Assembly (NCBI GenBank): GCA_013265495.1 | Contig: MU058584.1 | Span: forward strand, 6,848,407 to 6,912,406 | DNA length: 64,000 nucleotides | Source: Vicugna vicugna | Taxonomy: Eukaryota | Direction of reading: 5' to 3' | The notes under the pieces: generated by a model | Told to the model about the DNA's origin: nothing | Seen by the model: only the letters and a program-made list of their open reading frames with translations | The model's database searches: none | In this document: in pieces, positions 26,298 to 40,324 of the stretch | How the letters are laid out: each line of letters begins with the position of its first letter | Numbering within the stretch: the first letter of the stretch is position 1 | Position numbers and translations under genes: made by a program

Positions 26298-27762
26298 CCA
26301 CAGTGTGATATCACCTCCCTACAGTCAAAAGAACAAGAAATAAGAAGTGTTGGCGAGGATGTGGAGAAAAGGCAATACTTGTAAAGTATTCGTGGGAACA
26401 TAAAATGGTGCAGCCCCTATGGAAAACAGTATGGAGATTCCTCAAAAAATTAAAAATAGAACTACCAAATGATCTAGCAATTCTACTTCTGGGTATTTAT
26501 CCAAAAAAAACAAAACCACTAATTGGAAAAGACATATGCACCTTCATATTCACTGAAGCATTATTTATAAGCCAATATAGGGAAAAACACCTAAGTGTCC
26601 ATCAATGGATAAATGGATAAAGAAGATATAGCATACACTGGAACACTACTCAGCTATAAATAAGAATGAAAACTTGCCATTTGCAACAGTATAAATGGAA
26701 CTTAAGGGTATTATACTAAGTAAAATGAGTGAGACAGAGAAAGGCAAATACCGTATGATTTCATGTATATGTGCTATCTAAAAGAAATAAAACAAGCAAA
26801 ACAAAACTCATAAATACAGAGAACAAATTGATGGTTGTCAGAGGGGAGGGGGTTGGGAGATTGATGAAAGGGGTGAAGGAGATCAAGAGGTACAGAATTC
26901 CAGTTATAAAATAAATGTCTGAGGATATAATATACAGCATGGTGGCTATCAATAACATTATGTTGCAAATTTAGATGTTGCTAAGAAAGCAAATCTTAAA
27001 AGTTTTCATCTCAAGAAAAAATAATTTTTATAATTTTGTAACATGACAGATGGGAAATAGACATTGCAGCAATCATTTCACAATGCATACGAATGTCAAA
27101 TCATTATATTGTAATACATCTGAAAAATAATATAATGTTGTATGTCAATTATATTTAAATTTAAAAATATATAGACTTGATGCATTCCAGGAAGATAATT
27201 TTTGCCCCCAAAATATTTCTCCAGCTATCATGTTCCCAGTGTCTAAAAGTTCAGAATTAGAGATACCATTCTATAGGTTAGAAAAGTTAAATTAAAATTT
27301 GAATTAATTAAACCTTGTTAGATGGAAAATGGTTAAGTATGTAACAATATCACACTTCAAACTTCTCTTAAAACAATGTCCAATAGAGGAATGTAAACAA
27401 TTTCTCTAACCAAAGAAGACAAAGAAGTCTTCACTGCAGAGTGAAAAATGCAAGCAAAATTTCACAGGCTGCCAATGAGACCACGTGAGGGTCTTGATTT
27501 CCAGGAGACTGTACTGCCAAAGGGAGGCGGTACTGAAAAGGAAGTTGGGAGTCTCTATATCCATTCCCAGAGAAAATTTGCCCCTCCACAACTCTACCAA
27601 CCAGAATCAATTTTAAAATAAGTTATTCTTTAATTTCCATACTTACACACAATTCTTCTAGAATCACTTAACACATTTAGTGGTGACAAGTTAAAAAAAA
27701 ATTTAAGAATTCCTGTCCCATGCCCTGCTCAGAGGGTGCTGAGTTCTTCCCCAGATGCTCTC

Positions 27763-27781
27763 CAGCACCTCCTAGTGGCCT
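27763..27781 (-). promoter_or_regulatory. Candidate CTCF-binding motif
   Basis: Minus strand reads AGGCCACTAGGAGGTGCTG, close to the CTCF core consensus (GCCAC[C/T]AG[A/G]GGG[C/T]GC). Confidence 0.55.
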
Positions 27782-29474
27782 CTTTGGAACATGGGAAGGG
27801 TGGGTAATTAACATACATTTCAGCACTTTTCTCCAGCAATGGGAAGCACTTGCCATGCATCATATTATTTTTCTTCACAATACTCCCAGAAAGTAGATAT
27901 AACTATTATTCCCACTTACATATGAAGAGGAAACTAAGGTTTGGGATGAACAACTTACCCAGGGGGATATAGGTAGTGGGGAAAGAACAAAAATGAAAGT
28001 CTGTAAGACTCCTGAGCCCTCACATAGAATAACCTTCCTGGGGTATTGAGAGAGGAAAGCGTGATCTTCCTTCTGCCACTAACCTGCTCTTCCCTCTTTA
28101 TTGCTCCTAACACCTGTGTTCATAGGGAAGTTACCAACACATGTTGCTTTTTTATTTTTATTTCTTTTTACATTTGGATTTAAATGTCTTTCCCCAGCTA
28201 TATACACTCAGTTATTTTAATTAATCTTCATGGAATAGCCTCTAAATGTCTCTTCATCTTGGTTTCCTTCCTCTGGATTCAATCTGAAATATCACTTTTC
28301 CTCTTAAAATGTGACTCCCCAAGGTCCAGTATTCCAAACCAATTTATCTTCACAACATGTATATTTTTCAGAACAAAAGAGGTGTTTGGCACTGCTTTAG
28401 ACAATGGAAAATAAATCAAACATAATTACTACCCTCAAAAAAATTATAATCAACTGCCCTGACAATTGCCCACTATAGCTTATGCTTCACTTAGTTTGGG
28501 TGCTACACCTCTCGTAAGACAGTTTTACTGTTGCACTGGCCTTTTCAGTATTTGCAAAAGAGAAGCTATCATTTATACAATCATTTTCATGTGAATTATC
28601 TCGTTTTATACTCACAATACTCCTCTGCATTGGTTATTAATAATTCCAACTTAAACATGAGAAAGCCAAAGGTAAGTGGCTATTCTTCAATTTTTGTTAA
28701 GTGTTTATTAGAAGTTTCAATCCTCCATGATGTTTTCTATGCCCCTGTGCTTTGTATACACAAATTTGGTCATCTGTATTCGTCTCCATCAAAGTTATTG
28801 ATATAAGTATTGATAATAGAAAGATAAGTCTGAAGCAGGCACCTGGGATGTCACCAAATGGAATTCCCCATATGGTGACACCTCCATCCTGGCCTAAACA
28901 TCTATTTTTTCTATGCCTCACAGCCTCTTTTCTGTTTTAATTGGCATGCTCTTTTAACAGCACATTCTATGTTCAGTTTAACATTATACAGAACTAGCTT
29001 AGAAGCCATTTCCTTCTCTGAAAAGATAACTACCTTCCCCTTGTTTTACATTCAGAATTTCTCGTAGATAAATTTATCCAAAGAATCTGCCACGTCATAA
29101 TTCAATGTAACTTCAGGTTTTGTACACTGCTGCACATATAATAGAACCAAATTTAACATGTTAGATATTTGTAATTCTCCAGGCAATCAAATAAAAATTC
29201 GATGGTCCTTAAACCTCTCCACCAGCAATTTAAGATATATCTTGGTTAGTTTTCCATAATATTTTGAAAAAAGTAATATTTGCATAAAGAATAAAGTTTA
29301 TACCATAATAACAACAAAATCATAACATTTTCATGCATAAAACAAAACAAAGTTTATAGCATACTATCAGCAAAACCATTTACTTATTCCCATTATGATA
29401 CAGAATGTCCATTTTAGTATCATTAAGCCCTATTTGCAATGATGAAAAAATGCTTCCTGTTAACATTACTTACT

Positions 29475-30085
29475 GCTTCACTCATTCGACATGCATATCA
29501 ACTGACTGCATACTAGGCACCAAGCATATACTAGGTACTAAAAAGACACATTTTTGAGCACTCCCTGCAGCCAAAGGGGTCATTGTTCAGGGGGGAATAT
29601 TAAGAAAATCCACATCAGATTGTACATTTATAAAGGCTGATACACACTAAGTGTCATGGAGACTGCAGAATCTCACTCAGCAGAGACTAAGGCAGGCTTC
29701 CTAGAGAGCATGATGCTTTTATTTGTCTTGACAGTAAGCAGAGATCAGGCGTGTGAATATGAAGAAACAATGTTCTAGGCAGAGCAAATGGCATGTGCGA
29801 AGGCATGGAAGCTTGTGAAACCTGACACCCTCGGAGACTTGAAAGTCATGTGATATGGCAGGAAAAAAGGATGCAGGCAGCTGAATGATAACTGATGAGA
29901 CTCGAGAGAATAGCCAGGGTCTCCTTATGAGGGACTTTTGCCACATGCCAGTGAGTGAACCCATTACCTTGAAGTCAGTGAAGAAAGTGGGCAACATCTG
30001 AGTCAGGGAGTTTCGTTAGAAGGCTCTGCCAGTGATCAAGGCCAGCAATCAGGGAAGTACCAGTGGAATGGGGAGATGGCAGACC
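29475..30085. mobile_element. L2 LINE fragment
   Basis: L2-like end (cttcactcattcgac...tactaggcac) and ggcaggcttcctagagagcatgatg...ttctaggcagagcaaatggcatgtgcgaaggcatgg. Confidence 0.6.
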
Positions 30086-31985
30086 GCAGTGACACCCGAG
30101 CTAGGATGCTGTTTCCCAGTGTTCACTGTATATACATACATACGTATCAGCTGGGGAGCACTTCTAAAATATAGGTGTCTGAGCCCAAACCAGACCTACT
30201 CAGACTTTCTATTTTTCAAGGTTCCCCTGAATTCTTCAAATCCAACTAGCCCACAGGCTAGCAGACAGCATCTGGGAACAACAGTTTTCCCCCCTCACTG
30301 TAAGACAAGGAAATGAAAAGAGTTTTTCAATTACACTTATTTCAAGCAATGGGGCAGACAGTTCTAAGGTCCACCTGAAAGGGTGAAAATGTGGAATAAT
30401 AGAATATGTTTAAAGAAATAGAATGTTATTATTTCCAACTGCTTGGAGTAACTAGCCACGAGAACACACTATTGACTGGTAGAGGTCAAGATAATGATGT
30501 TTCATAAGGAAAAAGACTAAGCTTTTAGAGTCACATTTGTGATAAGTTGATCTATTTTTGCTTTATAAGCTTGATCCCTCTAGTAGGTTAAATATTACCC
30601 TTATAAACTTTCTTAAACTTAATTCAGTTTTTACAACCTTTTTATTTTTATAGAGCCAAAGATAAACTTCCGTCCAGCCTATGATCAAAAGATCATAAAT
30701 TCTAAATCAGTGCTGTCTGAACTAGCTTGGTTTCGCTACACAGTCTGACATTCAGCAAAGTTTACACTATGAAAATACTCATCATAGGATCATTTCTCTT
30801 AAACAAGTAAATTATAGCAAATTCTATCTGCTAGGGAATTCAGACTATTTGTCTGTATTTGAGCTTAAATATCATGTTTAGGCAGTGCTTGTATTTTTAA
30901 GTAAATATGTGAGTTATATTTATCTGTTTTGAAAGCTGTGTCTCCTGTCCTTGTCTTGGTTGAGAGAAAAGCCTCTCATCTTATTCTGTCTCCACTTTCC
31001 ATCCCTACACCCTAAAAGGACTTTCATGCAACATAATAGCAATTTCCACGAAGATAGCAACTATGTGTCCTGGTTGCATTTTATCCTGGGCTCCAAGCTC
31101 AGGGCCTGGACGGGAGAGATAGATGATACATATCTGTTTATTAATGAGAATCACCTTCCCTTTATAACCCAAGCAAACCTGACTTTACCCAGATCTGTCA
31201 AATCATATAGACACCTATTTCAGCCAACATAGGAAGAAGTATATCTAGAGACAAAGCTTTTTTTCATAGCTATATACCAATCAGCCCAACAATAAAGATT
31301 ATTACTTGACCTTCAGAAAAATAATTGTGATGTCATCATCAGTTGCTGACAAACTGCACAAGTAAGGCCCCTAAAGGAGAGATGTGCCCTGGCTCTGAAG
31401 TTACTCTAGGGGCTCAGACATCAGAACCAGCTCTTCTCATCACTCGAAATCCCCTAAAAATTGACCTAGCAGAGGAGCCCACCGTATTTGAAAGCCAACT
31501 TAAGGCACTTGAAAAAACATGTTGGCTATAGTGTAATAGTCAATCTTAGTGTAGCTATTTCAAAACTATGACTGGTTTAGTAAGACTAACTCCAGTGGCC
31601 TGTAGTAACGGTAATAGAGGCAAAAAATTTAGAGTCAGGCATTGTGCTAAGTACTTTATTTAATCTCATCAAAGCCTCATAACAATTGCATAATGTTGGA
31701 ACTATTAATGAACCCCGTTTTACAGGAGAACATGAGGATTCTACCTTATGTAACTTACCCATGGTTATAAAGCCATTAAAGGTGGGAGGATTTAGATATC
31801 AACTCAGTCCGACTCCAGACTCCGCTCTGTATTACTTATAAAATTATCTGGTCTTGTTGTTTGGTTCATGGAATATTCTGAGAACTTGGTTGGATAAGAA
31901 ACTCAGACATTCAGTCTTGCCAAGGACATTGTGTTCAATCATGTTGAAACATCCAGAAATAGTTTGCACATCAGTTTAACTCAAT

Positions 31986-32295
31986 ATAGTTGGCCCTCCA
32001 TATCACATCTGAAGATTCAAACAAGTGTGGATTGAAAATATTTGGGGGAAAAAAATCCAGAAAAGTTCCAAAAAGCAAAACTTATATTTGCCACGTTGGC
32101 TATTAACATAGCATGTACATTGTATTAGGTATTGTAAGTAATCTAGAGATATGATTTAAAGTATATGAGAGGATACGGGGAGGTTCTTTGCAAATAGTAC
32201 ACCATTTGACAGAATGAACTTGAGCATCCATGGGTGCGTACATTCACAAGAGGGCCTGGGACCAAACGTCTATAAGTATCAAAGGAGGACTGTAT
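31986..32295. mobile_element. MER2-like Tigger/mariner-derived element
   Basis: Termini tatagttggccctccatatc and gaggactgta; internal attgtattaggtattgtaagtaatctagagat...atttaaagtata. Confidence 0.8.
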
Positions 32296-34281
32296 TGTGC
32301 AATTTGAAGCTAGATTTATTTGAAATCTAAATAAAATTACCATGAGTTATTCATCCAGAGTTCAGATCGTAGTATCCCTGCGTATCAGACAAAAAGCACT
32401 TCATATTCTAACTCTCTTTGCATTCTAATACAGTTAATAGTAACACCAACCAAATTAATTACCTAGAAAGCTGGCATGCCCTAACCTGACTAATTTTAAC
32501 TAAGCCACTTAAAACTGTAACACTGTTATCATCTGAGCCCTGACTCTGGACTAGGAAAGTTAAACACCTTGCTCAAGGAAAAGGGCCTATGGTAGGCATG
32601 AATGCATGCATACATGAATGAATCAATGAGGAAGAAAGAGAAAAAGTGAAATGTATGAGGGAGGAGGAGCTTAAAAGCAGACTTTTATTTAGCAAGGATT
32701 CTACACATTGCTTTTAAACGGCATCATCTGAGAGCAAATGTCATTTTAGCTTTGGTAACTCATGTTAGTGCAGATAATCCCTGAAATTAAGACACAGAAG
32801 CCCAACACATATACAGAGCTTTGCTAATAAAAGAGGCAAGATCCCTCAGCCTGCTCTTTTTTTAATTCTTTGAAACCAAGAACAACTCCTTGTATAGGAA
32901 ACATCAGAAAACTCAGACAGTGATAGTGAGTCTGCCTGTATCGGTTCTATGGTGTCAGAGTAGCTGCCTGGTGCCTTTCTTCTACTGTGGTGAACAGTGA
33001 GCTGTGTAGCTGACGCCTCTGCTGCAGCTTATAGCTTCCTCAGGAACATGGAACAATGATGACACCACTGAGCACCTGGAACATCTCTAGTTTACAGACG
33101 AGAGGGCTGAAGCTCCGGGGCACTGGCTGGTCCAGGCTCACCCAGCCTGAAGGAGATGGGTTCAAACCTCTAACTCCAAAGACCACTTTCTGCTAATCCA
33201 GGCTGCCTCTCTTGGTGTTGCGAAAATCTAAGGAGGCTTGATCTAAAGACTTGCCAGGAAAGTAATGATTTTCTATGAATGATGAGAAAGCAACATGCAC
33301 AACTGATTTATTGAGGCAGTGGAATTAGAGTTGAATATTTACTTTCCTTTATTTATCATTCTGTAGAAGAGATTATAATGTGGTTTATGTAAGATTAAGT
33401 AATTCATTGCAATTAATCTATGAGTTCCTACAACCTTTCCATTTCTTTACACCCCACCCTAGTGCTAAATCTTAACAGCACCTAGAGATTATGCCTTAGT
33501 CCCTGAAAATGCAGAAGCATCTATTGAGGAGCTCTTGGGTGGCATTATTTAAATTTCTTATAAAAGCCTCTTTGATACCATGCTGCTTTCACAGACATTG
33601 ACTCCCTGTACTTGGCTCCTATATGATTTAACATAAAGAACATTATCAGTAGGCAGAGCACTTCTTGTAGAGGAAATTGTAAACTCAACCACAGCAGGTG
33701 CTGCCTCCTGTTCTACCAAAGCCTACTTGCTAACATTTAGCATCAAGTTTAGGATTCGATTGGCATTAATGTTACTCACCGTTATCACTTAAAAAAGGTT
33801 CATTTGCATGGAGCATAAAATGAAGGCAAGGGATTCAAATTAAGATGTGAAAATCACCTGCCACCAACAGTAGTCATTTTAATTGAAATTCTCCATTATG
33901 TTTTCTGACCAGTGTCCCAGGGTTTGGTTCCTAAAGAGGTGGGAGATGGGTATAGCCTCCCCAGGGGGAATTTCAGAAAGGGGCTGGTTGTCACCACAAT
34001 GATTGATGTTAAATAGGTATAGACGTGGGATGCTAAGTATCCTGCAGTGTGTCAGAGAAGGACGGTCCCCACTCCCAGTCCCACCAATGGGGACAGCCCC
34101 TCTGGCCCTAGAGCACAGGGTGATAGAGCACATTTGCTGTGTCTCGTCATCCAGATGTTTCAGTCACACTGCAGCAATGAAAAAGGATCACATCACACAG
34201 GGGCGAGATTTGGACAAAGAGTAGGAAACCAAGGGATTTTTTTTAAAGACATGATTATTACTGTTTGATTTGATTCTTTAG

Positions 34282-34470
34282 GAAAATGTTGAAGACGGCC
34301 GAGCGAGTATCTATCAATCCGTCATCACCAACACCAGCAAAGAAATGTCCTGTTTCAGTGACTCTCCAATGCCTGAAGACTTTCCAAACTTCTTGCACAA
34401 TTCTAAGTTCCTGGAATATTTCAGGATTTTTGCCAAAAAGTTTGATCTTCTAAAATATATTCAGTTCCAG
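34282..34470 (+). pseudogene. FMO2: FMO2 exon 3 (189 bp)
   Basis: ctttag| [63 protein letters not shown] |gtattg. Confidence 0.92.
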
Positions 34471-36496
34471 GTATTGTATTTTGTGGGGGGAGAATGGTTT
34501 TCTCCACATTAGTTTAGCTCCCATTTAAATAGAGAAGTTACTCTGCTAATGAAAGTAATTGTGAATAAAACAAAGTATTCTAATCTGATTATTTCCTGAA
34601 AAAACAATAGCATGGTAGAAAGCCCAAAAAGTAGTGTCATTACCCCGATATTACAGATTATGTACATTAACAGAAGAAAAATATCTGTTAAAATTAATGG
34701 TTTGAATGATGATATTGATGGTGAAACTGCATCTAAACTAATATTTATAACCATTAAAGACTCATTTCCTTTAAAAGGACATATTAAAAAAATCATACTG
34801 TTATTTCATATTCTTACCTTCTCCATAGAAATGCAACTTCTTAGAAAAATGGACTAAATAAACTCACAGCTCTCCTTTCATCCCAGAAGCCTGTAGAAAC
34901 TATTTTTGCTAATTTTTGATGCATTCTCCAGCAACATAAGAATAGTCAGATCATTTTGAAATACAATTGTAACTACCTTTCCTGTGATTCCTCAAAAACT
35001 AATAATCAACAAGAAAAAAAGACAATATTCTCATTAAACATCCTGAATTTTTATCAATAACCTACACTCTGAAAATTAGTAACTATGCTTAGGAAATAAA
35101 ATTTAAATTCTATCTCTGAATAAATAAAGCGGACCTTTTTAAACATATCTCATTTTCTCAGTAATTTTAGTTTTATTCCAGGTTTGTATTACATTCATTT
35201 ATAATCGGTGATTTGGTGGAAATCTACATATATAAATACCATTAAAATGTTCCATTCTATCTAATGCAGTTTTCCCCCAGTTTCTATTTCTCTTATTTAT
35301 TGTTTTACTGCTGTTGTTTTCTGGAGGTTGGAGAGGGGTTCTGAAAATTCACTTTCCATTTATTGGTCTCAAAGTTGGTATAAGTCATAAGATGTTAGGG
35401 GCTCAACTCAAACTGTAAAAGGAGGTGCTCACTCTAAGTTCTGTATCAACATGGCAAGCTCCCAGGAGCAAAGAACCACCAGGTTACCTAAGGGGAGCAA
35501 ACCAGCTCAGGTCAGTTGCATTTCTAATAAACTCTCAGTGATACTGAAGGCTGGTCCTGGCACCACATTTTAAATAGCAAGAATCCACAATACTTTAGTG
35601 AATATACTACCCTGAATTACTAATCTGAAATCTTTACTCTCAGCTGAAAATGCCTAGACATTTTATAGGCTTTTCACAAGATTTATGCTAGCATTCCATA
35701 TAAATTTTTAATAGGAACAGCTTCAAAATTTGTCAACCCAGCATTGTGAAAAATATCTGAAAATGTGAAAAGCATGTATAAAGAACTCGAATACTTGCCA
35801 ACAAGAGGAGAATCATGCAACTCCTCTGGAAGTGAGAAAAGCATTGCTTCCTTTGACATTGTTTCTTATATATATAGCAGACACAGACAACATTTACGCA
35901 CACTTTAAAAAATTCATAAACCTCCAGACAGCAAACAACATTAAAAAAAAAATCAATGAACCAATAAATTATTTCATCCAAATCAGATCATGAAGTGTAT
36001 TGCTAATATGATGTACTCTGTTTTAAAAATAATAAATATGAATGACTTATCATTTATGGACTGCTGTCATTGTGCAAAGGGCTTCACATGGAATATCTTT
36101 TCTAACACAGAGTCTGCACAGAGGTGAACACAAAAAAGGGTTCTTGATAAATATTGACTGTGCAATCACTTGAGTGATTAACATGTATTTTGTACCTTGC
36201 CCAGGGCTCATCTTCCTTTTCTGGGCCTCTCTCAAGTCCTTATTCAGTCCTTCACACACTCGTTCCCACTGCTGAGTTAGGCCTCTAGCACAAAGCAGCA
36301 CTGGTAGCACCTTCCAAAGAAGAAGGAGCAGGGCGCACTTAGAGTCTTTGCCTTAAGAGGCTTGAAATGGATTCAAAGGGAACCTAAATGGAGTCAGAGG
36401 TACATTGCACTCTACCCATCCCCACTCCCAGGGCACCCTGGACAAGGCCCCTGTTGTGCCAGAGTAATTCTCAATGATGCCTTCTCTGGGTTCAAG

Positions 36497-36659
36497 ACAA
36501 CCATCCTCAGTGTGAGAAAACACCCGGATTTCTTATCCTCTGGCCAATGGGTGGTTGTTACTGAGAGAAACGGCAAGGAGCAAAGTGCTGTCTTTGATGC
36601 AGTCATGGTTTACAGTGGCCATCACATCGTCCCTAACATCCCACTGGACTCATTTCCAG
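36497..36659 (+). pseudogene. FMO2: FMO2 exon 4 (163 bp)
   Basis: ttcaag| [54 protein letters not shown] |gtgagg. Confidence 0.92.
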
Positions 36660-37162
36660 GTGAGGCCTGCGGGGATCCCCAGCTTTTTGGATTAGATGTC
36701 CAGGTTGGATTGACAGGCAGAACCAGCTGCTGCAACTGGGTGTAACATTAAGATCCGGATAGAGCTAGAAAGACACTTCGAAGTCTCCAAAGAGCATCTT
36801 TGTTTCTGTTGATCTCCAGGTCTTCATTATCAGGAAATTCAGCCAACCTCCCCCAAAGTCATTAAATCTTAGAAGTTCAGAGAATTCTCACCCTAATTAG
36901 TTCTCTGTTGGAGAGGCCTTTTCAGCCCTGTGCCTCCCTTGGCTTTTTTCCATCCTGCCAAACCTTCATGACTTTGTTACAACCCTGGAGACTTTTCCAC
37001 AGAACCATGCCCACAGCCAGGGTTACTGGGGAGAGTTTCTGGAAGCACATGCTCCTACCGGGCAGTGATGGATGTGGGGAAAGCAGGGGAAGATGGAAGC
37101 TCCCAGGCCCTTCCCTCAGAGAGCATACTTCCTTTCCAAGGCGGTCAGGAAAACCTTTAATA

Positions 37163-37500
37163 CAGTGGTTCAGTCCCAGCCTCACATTATTCAAACCACC
37201 TGAGGAGCTTTTAAAGCTCTAATGATCTTCAAAGACTCATTTAGTATAGGGTGTGCCCAGGTCCATTAAGCGTTGCTCGAGTGATTTCAATATGCAGCCC
37301 GAATTGCAGCTTGCTGGTCTAAAGCAATGAAACTCTCAAACAGAATCACCTGGAGGGCTTTTAAAACCACAACTTGCTAGGCCCCACCCCTAGCATTCCC
37401 AGCTCTGCCAGTCTGGGGTGAAGCTCAGAATTTGCAGTTCTAACAGGTTCCCAGGTGATGATAATACCGGCTGGCCAAGGAACCACACTTCAAGAGCTAA
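37163..37500. mobile_element. Two adjacent MER5-like hAT elements
   Basis: cagtggttc...ccacctgaggagcttttaaa and gaatcacctggagggcttttaaaa...aatttgcagttctaacaggttcccaggtgatg. Confidence 0.65.
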
Positions 37501-37937
37501 TGATCCAAAGGCTATTTCAAGCAACCCACCATCAAAGACAAAGACTTTGATAAAGTCCCGTTTTCCTGGGAAAAGACACAGAGATGCTTATCTTCAAAAA
37601 AAAAAAAAAGGCTTGTCCATTAAGTTGCTGACTTACTGCAACGTGGAAACCATCCCTCACCTTCCAATGTGCCTTGTTTTTAGCTTATTTTAGTTTTTGT
37701 TTGCTCTTGAAAAATAAGAATGATAAATATTCTTCTAATTATTACACTTCTAGTTATTACACATGAAGTGCTATCATCCTAACCATACTTTGAATTTGCT
37801 CATTGGTCTTGATGTTGTAACTCCTCTAACAGGGAAAGAGGCAAAACAAACGACTGGCCCCAGAAAGGAAAAGCTGGCATACAGCTTTACTGAAATTAAC
37901 TTGACATAGTTCATGGATGTCTCTCTTTCCCTTGAAG

Positions 37938-38080
37938 GTATCCAGAAGTTCAAAGGCCAGTATTTCCATAGCCGCCAATATAAGCACCCAGAGGGGTTTG
38001 AAAGGAAACACATTTTGGTGATTGGGATGGGAAACTCAGCCTCAGATATCGCCATCGAGCTGAGTAAGAAGGCTGCTCAG
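37938..38080 (+). pseudogene. FMO2: FMO2 exon 5 (143 bp), with the FMO fingerprint and NADPH-binding motif
   Basis: ttgaag| [48 protein letters not shown] |gtatga. Contains FxGxxxHxxxY and GxGxxA. Confidence 0.92.
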
Positions 38081-40324
38081 GTATGATGCTCTCTGCTTAC
38101 ATCGTACTGTAAGGGGGAGAAAAGAGGGGAGGGGCATATTGGAAAATCTCAGCGATATAACCATGGCTCATTAATTGGTTGATTAGTTGATTGGTTGATT
38201 AGTTGGTTGTTCAGTGTGGTATTGCAGAAAATCTGGAAATCAAGAAGCCAGAGTTTGTCTCCCAGCTCTGCCACTGATCAGCCATGCAACCCAGAGTGAG
38301 TCATTTTACTTCTCTGGGCTATGGTTCCTTCACTTGAGTTTGGACCAGATGACTTTCTGCACAAGAGGCCTTGTTCCTACCCAGGCGGTTCAAGAAGTTG
38401 AACTCCTCATATTTTGGGGAGTGCCTTTTACAAACTTAGTGCATATTTGAATCCTATTTGAAATGTAAACAGTCCATAGTTACCAAGAATCATGAAAAGA
38501 AAGATTAAATAAACAGTTAAGACTCCCAGCCAAGATCACAAGGTGCTCCCTGAAGCCTTCCAACTGCTGTTATCTTTATGCCTACTCAGGAATGACACAG
38601 CTTAGCTGCCAAAGAGTCAAACATCACAACTTGCAGATAATGCTGACAGAGATGGTTGGAAATGGCAGGGAAAAAAAATCCACTTGATAAAATTATCACC
38701 TGGGATAACATGGAAGACAGGCCAACTACCTATTTAGCTCTAGGGGATGTGACTGCGTCTTGTTGTTTATAAGGTATTACAAGAAACACTACTGTCTTGA
38801 CTATTTCCATTCTGGCTGGGAAATGTTTAATTGTGTACCAGAAAGAATTAGAAGAAAATTATTTTTTGTGAACACCAAAAAAAAGAAAAATCACTTTGAG
38901 AAAGACAGACCTAGGCAAAGATGGGAAAATAGCCAAGGTTCTTCTCCCCAGTGCATTCCCTCTCAAGAGGGCCAGGGCCCCCAGCATGCCCTCCTGGCTT
39001 CCTCTGGCTACACAGGACTTCCCATGGCCATGTCTGCAACCAGCAAAACTGTCCTGTCCTGAGTCTCACACTGTCAGGGCTCAGGATGCCCAGAAGCAAA
39101 TGTGATCAACGGCACCATGAAGGGGTTTCACTGGGACCTGTCAGAGTTATCACCCTGGGGACCGAGTAGGTCACTAACACCAGAAAGAGATTTACTAGAC
39201 CCAAGAGGTCCTCACCTTTTCTGTGAAAATAAACCACTTTTCACTTTTCAAAGCTGTAATACCTCAGCGTGAAGAACAAGTGAGGAGGCAGTAACTGTAA
39301 AGTCTTAAAGAGCCAACTCAGATAGGGGAGCCACCAGCTCCAGCCTCCTACCTGCTGGAAATACCTGCCAAGCTTAAGGAAGGGAGTATAGCTCTCAACC
39401 AAGTGACGCTCTGTACCAGACCACTACATGTTGTCAAGTCAATGATTTGGACTTAGAGCAGAATTCCAAAGATATCAAATCTTGGATTGTAAGAGTCTAT
39501 TTCCTTAAATGGGTCTTACCATGTAAAAAGCCTGTCTACTGTGCCAAATTCAATATTAAGAAACCACCCTGGCTATATTTGTGTGCATTCCAGCTCATGA
39601 ATCTTTCAAATAGAGTATCTCTTTGGTATATATTAGATTAATAACACAACAGATAATTATGATAGAGTCTCTTACACAGAGCAAGGTACTCTCAATCCTT
39701 CTATGAGAAGACTCACCAGGGACTTCATAGGAGCTATGTATGTAAGGGAGAGAATCAGGTACTGCAAAGCTTAAAAATCACAGCCTAAACTCACCATACT
39801 CCTGAGTGTACCCTGCATCTGTTAAAGGAAGTTCACGATCATAAGTTTACAGCAGCAATCTCTACCATCATCCAAGAGCACCACTCAAAATACTATGGGA
39901 TGGTGCTGAGTCATCCATACACTTCCCCACCAAAAACCAAATCTTCGGCCCTTGGCCTGCAGTATGCATCTCAGAGAAATAACCCCTGACCTCAAATCCT
40001 CAGGCATAGCATACTATTGCAGGTGGTGGAGCTAGCCGGGTTAGACTCCCCTGCTGAGAAATGGTAACAGCAGAAAGAGAGTGAATAAAATAGGCAGAGC
40101 TCCCAATGCAAAACATGGATTGATCCCAAGAAAGAAGAGCAGACAATAAGTAATGGGAAGGGACATTCATGGAAATATTCAAGTATATTATCTAATACCT
40201 AATCAAAGTGTTGCCAAGTCAACCAAAGTGCAACAGTGGGAAAAAAATCGGGACATAAGTATATAACCACACACAGACCAACAATTCAACACTATTTTAT
40301 GTAAGTACTACTTCACAAGCTAAT

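Larger units (their letters stand above)
23013..27162 (+). mobile_element. Older, internally deleted L1 (5' UTR, ORF1/ORF2 pieces, 3' UTR) hosting two younger L1 insertions
   Basis: 5' UTR start caagatggc...gaacacacctcctcc; ORF1-like start atgaggagacaaaggaacatg at 24001; EN-domain piece ~24380-24515; 3' part 26298-27162. Degenerate TSD aaaaatat..ga(t/c)ttgatg(g/c)att at 22992 and 27163. Confidence 0.8.

Noticed and set aside
27471..27487. CCAAT next to CCACGTG as an ER-stress element
   Set aside because: The spacing is 4 nt, not the 9 nt required for ERSE.
27495..27560. ttccag|gagactgtactgccaaagggagg as a decayed FMO2 exon 2
   Set aside because: It needs many gaps and is far more diverged than exons 3-9. 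There is no [17 protein letters not shown] sequence.
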